From: Raillietiella orientalis
Lineage: Eukaryota
Direction: 5' to 3'
Length of the DNA: 64,000 nt
NCBI GenBank assembly: GCA_036172245.1
Contig: JAYWIR010000052.1
Span: forward strand, 558,001-622,000
Position 1 is the first letter of the stretch. Each line of letters begins with the position of its first letter. Made by a program: the position numbers and the translations under genes. Below are positions 12,540 through 25,400 of this stretch, piece after piece. A model generated the notes under the pieces. That model was not told where the DNA came from and searched no databases. It saw only the letters and a list, made by a program, of their open reading frames with translations.

Positions 12540-13750
12540 CGATTAAGGTTTCCTAGTCCGGAGGATAGTCTTCGGCTGAATCATTTGTTCCTTTGCTAAC
12601 TGTTCCTTCAGCCTTGGAAGCGGGAGGGCGTCATCTGGTACGTGCCCTAGGCTGAGTTCAGTATACGCCTGGCTGTACGCTCCTTCGAGGAGAATTTGCG
12701 CAGACTGAACGTGCAAAGCGAGGATCTCGCGGGTCTCTGGATCCGCAGAGGGGCGCGGTCCGTTGAGCTGACCAGCCAGACGATGGTTATAGCCAGCTAT
12801 TTCACCGGTCATAACCATCACTTGTCTTCTCAGAATACACTCGCGACAATTCCTGGTCACGGAGAACAACCTAGGGCCCTCAGTGATCCTACAAGGAAGG
12901 CGCAAAGCCTGACTTAAGTCCTCGTCCAAAGAGTTGATGGCCGAAGTTTCAATAATTTTCATTCTTGTCCTCTCGGGCTGTATCCAATGCGTTTTTCCAT
13001 GTTTTCAAACGGGAAAGCCACATTTATGATGACAACCCGATTGCCTCTCTGCAATGCCAAGCAGTCTGACAGGAGAACCCTCACCGTGCACCCGCTGATT
13101 CTCAGACAGCAGCACACATCAAGACGTTTTTGTCGCACAAACCTCGACTCAATCCACGAGCGTCATGGCGTGGTGTGCACAGGAGAGAGTGTCTCATTCG
13201 ATGGTTTATTATCAGGCAGTGTCTCATCCCAAGTGACGCAGCAAGGAGCGATCGACTTACTTCCTGGCCGCACCTCTCATGGGAAGTAGGTAGGTTGAGC
13301 CTTGCTGCATGGATAAACGTATAGTATCTGAGGTTAGAAAGCAGAAACTTAAAGAAAGATGGAGGCGAAAGCTGTTTGTGACTTTGCCTTGATCCGCTTG
13401 TTCATCAAGGAGGGATTGTCATGCCCCTTCAATGCTTGCAGATTTTTCCAGCTCTCCCTCCTTAGAGACGAATCGATCACCTTTCCCAGGAATATCCTGG
13501 ATCCTCTTTCCGTAACTCCCAGGCAGCATCTATCCGAGATGAGACTTGTCTTCCAACGGTCCAAATCTTCCGCATGCCTCCGATCGTCCTCGGAAACTTA
13601 CCTCCTACAGCGTCCGGGGAATCTTACACATTTCTCCGTACGCGAACTTGCTGAGATCATTGACCGAAGGCGGCATAAGAATCTTTTCTAACACTGATTC
13701 TCGGAATGTTTCCCGGGAAAGGTCCACTACGGAGGTCAGGCGAGGTTAGT
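12540..13750 (-). mobile_element. Decayed CR1-like LINE, RT to 3' end
   Basis: 'ESVLEKILMPPSVNDLSKFAYGEMCKIPR' (QGSVLGP..INDL..FADDTKI-like), 'EDLDRW', 'FLGKVIDSSL' (YLGV.ID..L), 'ERTRMKII...DEDLSQALRLP', 'LRKFS' in CR1 order. Confidence 0.65.
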
Positions 13751-14449
13751 AGTTCGAACCAGTACTTGTGATAGTATGAGCATGTTCAATCATACATCCA
13801 TTTAATTAACTGTGAACAATGATCTCCAAATCCTAGGGTATTCACAATGCTATAAAAATGTTTTTCATAGATCATTTAAAACTCTTCAACTTATCAATCT
13901 GAAATAACTTTCAGATTAGGGAGAAACGCATCATGCAGATTCCTGAATAGAGACTGTAATATAAACATTGGAATTGGAATTCATTGTTCGTAAATACCTA
14001 TCTATACTCTATCGTATCGAAACGACTATCTACAGCAGTGTGTTAAATGCAACCAACACTAGTATCATTGATGTACTTAATTTTTAAATTATTAAATTAT
14101 CTGATATGCTTATATCATTTTGGCAATTTTTTGTATATAAAATAATAGCTTTGCAAACCAAAATGCATTTATGCTAGTGTATTAAAATTAAGAAAATAAC
14201 TTCTTTAGTCCATATCTCAATTTTATTTTTTTGTAGAAAGAATCAACTTCAGTTTTCATTTGCCAAATGAATGCAGCTCAGTTCTTTGCTTATCCAAGCT
14301 AGTTGATAAACATGATTTTTTGAGTTTCTCTTTCACTTATTTCTTTTTGTAAATTGTGTCCCTTCTGGTTACTCCCGTTCCAGTTAGTTTGCAGACATAT
14401 CTTTAGGCAGCCATGTATTTGCAGTGATCTTCTGGTCAATTGCATGCTT

Positions 14450-14950
14450 CGTACGTGTTATTCATATTAGCTTGAGGATCTGTTTTGAATCTTTAATCCC
14501 ATTTTTTCATTCCTTTGCTTTGAATAGCCCTTATTAACTATTATCTCCAGAGTGCAGACTGCCCTGCATTTTGGTTTTGAAAAGTAATAATTGCGATTAC
14601 CTGATAATTTCTTACTATTATGCCTGTGAATCCCGTGTGTGGGTCCTTGGCTCATTCCTCTTAATTGAAGTTCGTCAATAGTTTGAAATCATGAACAGCT
14701 AATCTGTGAGCCAAAAAATTCTATTTATTTATTCCCTTTTTCTGAGTTGGAATACTCATTTACTCTTTGTACTTAGTTATATCTTCATGATTTCGAAATG
14801 ACTTCAATAGTCATTAGTAGGTTAGACAATAAATTCCAATAATAATCATTAAAGTACATCGACTTGAATTTATAAATAAGAAGAGACAGATAATTGACTT
14901 TCGTCAGAAAATTGCTAAAATACTGAGCCAATTTTTGTAGCCATGGAAGA
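14450..14950 (-). mobile_element. Possible AT-eroded CR1-like 3' end
   Basis: 'THGIHRHNSKKLSGNRNYYFSKPKCRAVCTL' resembles CR1 'TRGH..KL...R..FFS.RV...WN.L'. Weak. Confidence 0.3.
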
Positions 14951-16370
14951 AATGTTATCTTCACAAAAGAGCATATTTTTCATAGTTCTTTCTTGAAAAC
15001 AATTTCAAATTTATTTTTTTTTCTAATCTCTATACATATTAGCTGAATAGCAGTGATTTTTATTATCATATTTTCAATGTTAACATAGAAGATCATTCTA
15101 GGAACTATCTATTATCTGTAAGTGAAAAATTTTTTAGCTTTTTAAAAATACCAGCTTTTGTTGAAAGCTATTATTGAGATTGTTTGCCTCCCTGCTATAT
15201 TAAATTGAATAGATTAAAATGTGTTCTTAGAATTTCAAAATATGTTGGCAATGGCTTCCGGAGCAGCAGGATTGTTTTCTGGGAAAACACAAAAAATATG
15301 AAAATAATATTAATGAAGTTGTTTTGTTAGCCTAGTAGCTTATGCTTTTCGCAAAACAATAATAAAAAAACCTAGATAAATGAAGAATTTGATATGCAAA
15401 ATAATCAATACAAATCTACCTGACGGAAACAACTGAAGAGTGAATTGTAATGTACTCTAAGGGGAAAATGTACTTTATTATATAATTTGATGCAAAAAAG
15501 ACTTTAAAAACAAAACTCCATGTACTACGTGTATTACGGTATTCGAAGAAATTCGCTAAAATTGAAAGGTCAATGCGTGTTTGGTGTATCATTGAGTCTG
15601 CAGTATTTTTACTAATTTGGTGTACTGGTTGCTGTGAAAGTTATCAAATGTAACCCAAGTTGGAAATGAAAAATAATAAGCCCTGGTTTGGGATGTAATT
15701 GGTTAATTATGTTTTATGAGGTCTTTCACGTTGAGTACCCATAATAACTGGTATGGCAAAATATTTCAAAGGAAATTGTTTATTGGTCATGTTTTGATAT
15801 TGTAGTCTGATTTTACCCATGAATGAGTTTTTGATTTTGTTAATCAATTGTGGCCCCGGATCTAGTACTTATTGAAAAAATGGAGTAATTTCATGAGTAA
15901 ACTTGTGTGATTTTAATGCTTTGTCTCCCGAGGTTTTCAGTCAGAATTTGCTGTTCAAATTTTCTTTTCTGAGGAACTGTTCGATTGTTTAGCAGAAATC
16001 GTGTTTCATTTTTATGTAATTGTGTACGTAAAAAAAAATATTCAGTCGCGTAACAATGCAAGGATTATGTGGTTTCGCAAACTAAATGTAAATAAAATAA
16101 TTAGGTTTCATATTTCGCATACAAATGTTAGTAGTTTGACTGCAGATGTTGAGGAATGGATGTGGTTAAGAATACTGTTCTTGAATATGAACATATGATA
16201 ATAATGCCATTTCCCAATATTATTGTATTTGGGTACTGTTATTTGCATTTTATGATTAAGTGTAAAATTTGACATCATTTATCTTCATAACCTTCACTAC
16301 ATGCTTGTTTTTGTTAATGTTTCAGTAATTATTTGAAATTCAGATTAATTATTCATTTGGGTGTTGAGTG

Positions 16371-19300
16371 ATGGTTAAAGATAAACATATTTCTGCATCT
16401 AGTCGAAGTCATACGTCTAGAGAAAGGGATTCAAGTACAAGAGACAAAAGAAGAAGAAGAGAAGGAGAAAGCAATAACTCAAGCCCATCTAAGTCACCAA
16501 AGATTGATCTGTATAAGGTTAGTCTAATCTTTTGAAAAGTGATATATAGGATGATTTTCATCGTGATGCTGGTGAACTGATGAATTTCAGTGCAGAATAA
16601 CGATATTTAATTTTTTTGTCTTTCATGTCAGCAATATATTGAATATGAAGAACAAGAAGCAGCTCGAAGATCCAATGAAAGTGATGTTAGCAAATTTCAG
16701 AATGTTTTGAGAGATATGCAGCATCTGATGGCAGAAATACTGGAACTGAAATTAAGAAACTGTAATGTAAGCATAGTTTTATGCATATGATTAATCTGCT
16801 CGGTAGCATTCAACACCATATTTAATGCATGTATTCATCATTTTTGGAGTTTAGGTCGTTAAAGCATTGTCAGATGTATGATTTATCAAGTAGTATGACT
16901 TTCTAAGTAAAAGATGTCTTTACTATTCCTTGAATCCAAATTCCAGTGTTAGAACTTTGAACTTTGTTGTGATAAGATTATATGTGGTTTGCAATGTGGA
17001 ATAATTCAATAATCTTTTGTTTATTAATATATTGTTAAAGTGGTCTTATCCAATGTTCTATACTATAGCTTGTTTTGCTCATTATTTGTATAACTTGTTT
17101 TTTGGCAGAGTTATTGTTAAGCATTCCATGTTATGCCAGATTGCATTGTAACAACAGTGATAAGTATCAGTTTTGAACTATTGTGATTTAGATTTGTCTG
17201 ATTCTTTATTTTAGGACAAAAGGTTACTTTATGTGATTGTACCTACCCCCTTTGTGCTTCCATAGTTTACATCAGCTTTGTAATTGTGAAGTTGCTACTC
17301 AATTTTTCTCGATCTCCTGCTTGCAATGCTTTTGTATGCTGATTTTAAAATCAATATACAAAAATGCAGCAGTCTTAGCAATTGCATGCTAGGTTTGGTG
17401 ACACCTTTATTGTTTTTTGACATTGTATGATGGATGCACCAAATGCACTATTTGAATGTTTGTTCCATTCATGAATTTCTGTCAAGTTTGCTGTCATCCT
17501 CCAGCACTTAAAATTCAATGTATCAGCTCTCATGTCTCATAAAACCCAAAGTGCCATGTGGTTTGTAAAATACTCTGTATTGTACTTGGGTACTGTAGTC
17601 TTGTTTCAGTATATATGTACTTCGTACATGTATCTGTAAGTGTACATTTGTGTGTATGAATCCAGAACAGTTGATAAATTATTTCAAAGTTTACTTAACA
17701 AGTGTGCATATACAAATAAGATTATAATTTTTCTTGCATCTTTTGTAAGTGAAAGTTTTGTACATGGCTTCTAGAGGTATTTACTCTACTCGGAAATGCA
17801 AAAAAAAATGTCAAAATGTTCAAAAATCAGAACATTTCTTTAATGGCAAGCTATAAAACAAATTGTTTGGAAAAAATTTTATCTGTTCATTTTATTGAAA
17901 AGTGCCTTGCTTATTCTGTTTGATTGGTGCATGTTGCCCAGCAAATGGCAGATAAAAGCTGTTTAAGTTTGTAAAATTTATGAAATGCTTTTCTTACATT
18001 CTATTGTTGTATTCCAAAAAATTTCGTTACTGACATTTAAGTTGCTGCCCTGCTGATTTTCTTCAAGCATCATGAACTGTCCAGTGAATGGACAATCTTT
18101 GTTGTGCCTTAATTATCCACGAATTCACACAGTTGTTTTTAAAATAATGTATTACACGTATAAATTTTTTTTAGATGCTAGTCTGAGGAAGAAAGCAGTG
18201 AATGATTCAAAAATACTATTGGTTAAGAGAGCATATATGAAAAAGTGTTAAGCAATTCAAATAGTTCAGTCTTTATATGGAACCAGAATTGCATTTCATG
18301 AACCTATTGCAAAAGAAAGAAAGATTCAAACGTAAAAAGTAATGAATCGCTCCCACTGACTGAAACAATTGATTATTATAAATAAATCCAAAATTATGTA
18401 CAGGAACAAAAAAAAGTAAATAAATAAGCAGTGTTAAATCTATAAATGTATTAGATTAGTATATTAATGCTTTCAGATGAGAGTCAAATGAGTTCGACAA
18501 AGACTTGTTAAGTGAAAATCTGTATTCCATCATATCATTAACAAAGCTTTAAATGGGATTTGTAGGCTAACTCCTCTTGAATGATTTTTTTTCCCTGTTA
18601 CTCAATTGAGAAAGTAAACTGAATACATAATCTGGTTGATAATCTTACAGAAAAAGTGATCAGTTATTAGGGAGTGTTTGGATTACTGGGAATAATGTGT
18701 AACAGCAACATAATTTGCAAGCTACTTGCATGTGCATTGAATATTTTAATTTATTTTTAAATAGTTTAACTTAGGTACAATTACTATACAGATCTGATGA
18801 CATTATTATACGTTTACATCATCTGAAAAATTGAGAAATTAATTTTAATTTGATATTGTGATTAGTGATTTCCAATTCAGTCTTTCGGTTACTGTTTAGA
18901 AATTTTCATAAGTAGACTTATTTGGGTTTTTAAAAGTTTGTATCTCACCCAAAGAATGCGAGTTTTTCTATACAAATAAGTTGTAACGAAATTGTAGCAG
19001 GTTTTGATGTTTCATTTAATACGCATTAGTACTGATACTTGAAAAATTTGGCATAGTTTTTTCATTTTTTCCCCGTTATTCAGTTGTCTTTATTTCAGGA
19101 AAAGCATTCCGCTACATTGTAAATAATTAACGATGACGACCATATTTTTTTCCGATTTCTGCTTAGTTTTTAATAATTTTATTACACAGAGCTAATGTGT
19201 TACAGTATAACTTCCATACAAACTTTTGTTTCCATACTTATATTTGTGGTTTGTACCTTTCAGAAGTCGGACATTGCTGGAAAGAGGGTAGATGTATGCA

Positions 19301-21172
19301 TGATGTTTATTCTTTTGCGAAAGCTGAATCGCCTTGACAAATTACGACTAAACCAGGCTCGCAATAGGACTGTCTCGGCCAAATCTCGTGTAGATGAATT
19401 GAATTTGCAATTAGAGAACCTGATGTACGAGGTTCTTCATTTGCAAAAGGAAATCCATCGTTGTTTGCAATTCAAGTAAGTTGTGATTCCAATAACAGGC
19501 TTAAGGCAATTTGTTTGTCAAAGATCCCAAGATGAAGAGGTCGATTTGGTTTCTGTGGAGGAATTTTATAAAGAGGCTCCAGCTGATATTGCTCGTTCTG
19601 AAATAACACTAACAGATGCACATCAGCAAAAACTAGCCAGACTTGAGTGGGAATTGAAACAACGCCAGCAACTTGCAGAACAGTGTCATCATGCTGAAAA
19701 ACAAAAGGATAGCATTGCACTCAAGATCAAGCAAAAAGAAGAACATGTAGATAATTTAGGCCCTTGTTTGGAAGCTATACTACAAGCAACACAACCTCTG
19801 CAGGAATCATTGGGATTGCCCTTGAATCAGCAGCATGAACAAAATAAATTGGCTAAGCATCTAACACCTCCTCTGTATGTCCTGTATATGCAAGGCTCAG
19901 CCTTTCAAGAAGCTTGTGATCCTTTGTTGCGTGTCACAATCACTGGAAGTTTAGATGAAGTGAAATCTCTCAATCTGAAATCCTTTGAACCAGAAGCTGA
20001 AGACTCGGACTCTGATGTAGATCAGGAGGATGGGAAGCGGCACCACAAAAGGCGTACCCATAGTGACAGGCATGAAGATAATCGTCGGCTGGCATTGCGC
20101 GCCTACCCATTGACTCTTAGCTTGGAAGTTTTTCTGGATGACCCTAAAGCAGCCCAAGCACGCAGTCTGTCTGTGAATTTTAGTCATCTCCCATTTTTGC
20201 GAATTGTCACTGTGCATACTGCTGTCAAGCACTGCCTAGCTAATGCTACAGATGGTGACCTGCTTAATCCAAATACTATTCTGTGTGATTTATTGGGAGA
20301 GGATCATGGTGATCAGTCCCCAAATGCTGCTACCAATTATCAGCTTCAACGGCTTGGTTTGGAGCCATTTCAGGAACAAGTGGAAGCAGTTGGAAGGGCT
20401 TATTGGTGGGCTCAGAATTTAGTGGGATTGGAATATCCCCAATTACAGACAGATGTTTGTGAGTCCCTGCCTCCTGTTACTGGCATCAATGCTTTGGAGC
20501 AAGTGGTACAGGCTATTCGCAAAAGGCTAGAAGTTCGCTTGGCTTTGTATAAACAAATTGACTCACTTGGTCGATTGGTAGTTGCCACTGCTCCACAGAT
20601 GAATGAATACTTCCCAACCAAAGTCATTTCACGCATTAGCTCCTGGCGAGCAGTGCACTGGGATGATTTCCATGTGGCCCCCAGCATCCAGCACCTCGTC
20701 AAATATGGACTGGTCAATAAGCACTTTTTCTTTTATCGAGCTGTGGTGACTCGGGAGAAGGGCACTGCCCAACTCATAGCACTCATAGCTCTGCCTCCTA
20801 ATTATCCAGAAGATGCTCCACTGTTCACCCTTAGCCTTCACTGGAGAGGAGAGAGAACAGCTCAAACATGGCATGCTCTGCGGGAGCTAGAAGCAGAACT
20901 CAACGTCTATTGGGAGGAGTTATGTATTCCACGTCATCACCTGCTGTCCCACCAACTCCAGAGATTACTTCTTTGTGTGGATGTACTTCTGGAGACAGAA
21001 TGCTTGGCAGAGAATCCAGCCGAGTACATCAAAAGTGACAAGATTTACTTCCGAACTGGCAGGTTGGTATTTGTAGTCACGACTGCTTGTTTCATTTGGT
21101 TTTCATAGATCTCGTCATCACAGCAAACCTTATAAATATATACCCCAGCTTGGCATCTTCACGCCACGTTAA
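16371..21172 (+). CDS. THOC5: THO complex subunit 5 (FMIP), 698 aa, 5 exons
   Basis: Exons 16371-16517, 16632-16766, 19264-19475, 19524-21062, 21109-21172 (2097 nt, GT-AG, phases join). Motifs 'LRKLNRL...[43 protein letters not shown]', 'HQQKLARLEWELKQR', 'LTPPLYVLY', 'YFPTKVISR', terminal 'KPYKYIPQLGIFTPR*'. Confidence 0.96.
16900..18200 (-). mobile_element. AT-eroded CR1-like RT relic inside THOC5 intron 2
   Basis: Minus strand 'VLEDDSKLDRN' (FADDTKL.R-like, ~17490), then 'EWNKHSNSAFGASIIQC' and 'DREKLSSNF' in the expected order. Confidence 0.38.
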
Positions 21173-21299
21173 GTGCAACAAGAAAAAGCCATGCCTGGAT
21201 CCACTTCATGTCAGCAGATTACAAATTGCCTAGTGAATAAGAGTTTCTGGGAAAGTGATGGCACTCTTCTCCTGTTTTACAGAAACGTTGCTCCCCTTT

Positions 21300-21900
21300 T
21301 TTTATTACTGCCATATATGCATATTCTGTGTATTTCAAAACACGAACTTTTAAAATTTATCAGAAAAGTATTTGTTAACCCACAAAAATCAAGTGCATGT
21401 TCACCAGCAAGATGTAGTTTGACACAAAAAATTAATATCATGCTGCTACAACAGTGCTTTGGCAGTTCTAGTGTTTCGGGGTTTTGACACTCCATCTGAG
21501 ACTTTCCCATAGAGATTTGTGTAATTTCTCAGAGAAAGAACCAATAAAGCCGGAAAATCATCAGGAAAGCGTATTAACTCACAAACATGAGGACGCGGTA
21601 AAGGAATTCCAAATGCCGTCCAATGACTAATGCTGCCCGGGGATTTTTACCGTAACGGCTGGAAATCGGAGAATAAAGACGGAGATGCGAGACAATTCTG
21701 AAGTGCACAATAAGACATCTTTCTCTGGGACACGCAGGTGTCATTCGGACAACTTTTGTTTGCACCACTGCCTTCATTTTGCAGACAATGTTGTGCATCT
21801 GGATCTCTGTGAACTCGACTGTTTCACTATGAGATAGCCCTGTTATTATCATTGTGGAACTTTAGATTACAGGGAATCGGTAAGGGCGTACACAGAGACT
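21300..21900 (-). mobile_element. Possible LINE 3' end (zinc-finger remnant) overlapping the THOC5 3' region
   Basis: 'SQMECQNPETLELPKHCC' resembles C.C...ET..H....C. Weak. Confidence 0.28.
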
Positions 21901-22459
21901 CTGAAGGCGGGAACTTCCGCCGAGTCGCCTTTTCTCCCCTCCGAAGAATAAAAGGACCCACCAGATTGGTGCGCGCAGTTCCGCTATTCCCACCGAGCCG
22001 AAGCACAGAGCGTGTCGCAGTGCCGGAGTGAGGACGAGAGCCCCGACAGCGTCGGCAACCACGCATGGGAACGGGAATGGTGGTGGACGAAAATCACATG
22101 CGCGGGCTATTTGCGCTACCGCCGTGGTGGTGGTCTCCCTGTCCGTGTTGGGACACGAGCATGAAGAACCGACTGCCGCCGGTTCTTCATGCTCGTGTTC
22201 TTTCAGGTCTTGCGGCGAAGGGCGGCAAACAAGCTCCCATCTCTATGTTGCTAGAAATCATTCGGACACCCCTCGCAAAGGAAGGCTCCCCTCTTTTTTT
22301 CCTCCCGAGTTGCTGTTGCTGTAGTGTTTTCCTCCGATTCCATAGCAACCGACCAAAATTCTCAGCGGACCTCGGCCTGAAATGAAAATCTTTCCCGACT
22401 TGGAAGTATCAGCTGCACCGGAACTAACCGCCGCTGAAGAGGAGTAGGCGGGTCCGGGG

Positions 22460-25400
22460 ATGAGCGGCTGTGGTCCAGGCAAGGTGACGGTGGCAGGCAC
22501 GACCCAGGGTGAGTCGGATGGGAGAACGCTTGCCCTTCAAGGATGCCTCGAGGAGTGGAGGAGCGCGCAACTGGACGGACTCGAGGTCCACGGACAGCAG
22601 GGGGATTTGACCTTCCCGCTCCTTCCTGCGGCAGTTTCCGAGGTCACCGCATGCCTCTGCGTATCTCCCCCGCTTGCGCTTGCGCTCCCGGCTTGCTGGT
22701 TCCAAGGCACCACCGCTGCGTCGCAGGCGAACGCGGAAGTCGGCCCTCGTTCCTTCTCCATCGAACGCTTTCCCTTCCCTTCCTGTCTCCCGTGCCACTC
22801 TCCCTTCCCTTCCCTTACCCCACCCTTCTCCCTCCCGTACTCCTTCCAGAGTTCCAGATGCTGGAACCCCTCGGGGAAGGCACCTTTGCCGAGGTCTACA
22901 AATGCCGGGAGCGTCGCTCCGGACGGCTGTACGCCTGCAAGCGGCTGAAGCAGGTGTGTCGCTCGTACGTATCTCTCTCCCCCTGCCTCTTCCCTCCCCG
23001 AACATCATCCGCCCACGCGCGCATCTTCCAGGATGGAAAGCGCGCAGCGGATCTTGGAAGTGCAGGCCCTGAGGGAGCTCAGAGGTCACCCGGGTGTTCT
23101 GCGTCTGCATCGCATCCTCTAGTACGTGGCGCCGGACGCGCGCGCGGGGAGGCGGAGGGGAAAGGGGGAGCAGGAAGGAAGGGGACAGCTACCTGCCGAA
23201 TCGCCCTCTGTCGGTCCTAGTCACTGCAAAAAGGCGAAAGTGGTCGTGGTCGTGGTGAAAAGTGGCATATTACTAGAAATAATAACCGTCTCAAAGTAAT
23301 AGCATGGTGTCGGTATCAGTAATGACACAAATAAGTGTGATCACAATATATGCTGATCGTAGTTGTAATAGCACGTGCTGATGGTGACTTTGGGAATAGT
23401 AGTCGTAATAATGGCAGTAAAATGAGTGGTAGTAGTAACAGTAGCGGCGGCAACAGGGTGATAACTGCGACGAGGATGGCGCCGAGAGTGTGCAGGAGCG
23501 GGGAGGAGGGGCTCTACGTCCCGTTTGGGTAGAGGCTGCGGGAGAGCCGCTCCTCCCGTCCCGAGAACGGACGCAGCTTGGGAGTGCCGGAGGCGACCCT
23601 CCGCCGCTGTCCGTGAATGCATGTGGCTACGGTGAGGAATCCAGGAGGTAGGAAGCTGGAGAGGGGGAGGAGGATTCGTGTTCTTGTGGAGACCGGAGGG
23701 GGGCGGCACGTTGGACAGGTAGCTAGCTCATGGGACGGTCGCGCCTTCCTCCTACAAGGAAGGAGACGGGGGGAGGGATCTGGGAGCCCCTGGTCAACCG
23801 CTCGTGCGACATGGAAACCTCGGGAAGCGCGCGTGAGGCGAGTGCCACGTTCCTGAGCCTTTGCTTCCCTATGTTGTTGCCAATGTTGGTCTTGGTGGTG
23901 GTGGGGCTGCTGCTCCTATCGAGGTTTCTGCTTTCACTGCTGCTGCTTGTTGTCCACAGTAGCCTGCCCTTGCTTCCTCTCTCTTCGCAGGGCCGTCCCC
24001 TAAATCTCCCCTTCCCGTGTCCTCAGCTAACAGAGAGATGCGCCTTTCTTCCCTGTTCTCCTCCTCCTCCTTTCCCGCATCAGGGTCGCCTCCTGTCTCC
24101 TTGTACACCGCTCCTGGTGTACGTCGAGGTTCTGTGGATCTTGACGGGGGGGAGCGCTTTCATCGCCCGAGCGACGGTTCCAGAGGAATAGGGTCCACCG
24201 GCCCTTGACGTTTTTCCGGATGCAGGAGCACCGCGGAAGTTAGCTCGTGGCTGTCGTGTCGTGCCGTCCTCTCTCAGCGACGCTCCATTCCCCCCTTCCT
24301 CTTCCCGGTTCCTTCCCTGCCCATTAGAGCCGGTGCCAGCCTTCTACCTCGTTCCCGCGGGGGTACACGTGGTTTCGGCGTCTGCGTAGACAGAAACGCG
24401 CTTTCGCGCATGCGCGAATGAGGCGCGTGTTCAAAAGAAAAAGGGAAAGGAAAATCAAAAGCAAAAACAAAGGCAAGGTGCCAGAAAGGCTCCCGCGAAG
24501 GTCATCAGCATCGTTCAGCGGTGACCCTGGACGCCGTATTGCGGCGACAACCTCCCGCGACCGAGCAGCAAGGGCGCGCTCCTCATGCCCCTCCCCCATT
24601 TTTCGCCCTTCGCCTCCAAAATCCTACGCACGGCATCGGAGGCGAGCCCTGCGTAGCCAGAGGCCGGAGTCGGGTGCGTTCTGGTGCCATGGGAAACGCC
24701 TCCGGGCTAGATGATGTAGAGGGCCCTTCGCGAAGGGCACGTTCGCACCTTACAGCCTTCGGGTGCCCTCGAAGAAGCGGGTCGCGCTCCCTCGCGAAAT
24801 CACCGTCCCCCCTTCTTCTCCTCCGTTCCATGCTCCCCCGTCGGCGCCAGGGGGTCCCTCGCGCGCGCGAGTGGGTCTCTCCCGCCGCCGTCCGAGTCTT
24901 TCCCGGGCCCCGGCAGACCTTCACTGGTTGTGTCTGTCCAAACCAGTGAAGAACATGCCCGCCGACTGACGCTGATCCTGGAGATGATGGACTGCAACCT
25001 TTACGAGGTCATCAAGGAGAAGCCGAGGTGAGAGCAGATTACCTCTTCCCCCTTCCTCCCGGAGCCGTCGCGTCCGGGACGGTCCAGCCTCTCCCGTTGT
25101 CGTTTCGCATGTCTTTGCAGGGGACTGGCAGAGATGCGCGTCTGCCGCTACGTCTACCAGATACTCTGCGCCCTGGACTACATACACTCGAAAGGGTGGT
25201 TTCACAGGGACATCAAGCCGGAAAACATCCTGCTGAAGGTGAGGATGCTGAGGACGAATCCTGCCTGCCTGCCGCGCGCGTGCCCACCTCCTCCTTTTTC
25301 TTGGCCTCCTCCTCCTTGATCCCAGTCCGACTTCCTCCTTCCCCGCCTCCCCCTTCCCTTCCCGTCTCGTACCCCTGCGCGTTGCTAACGTACCCGTTTC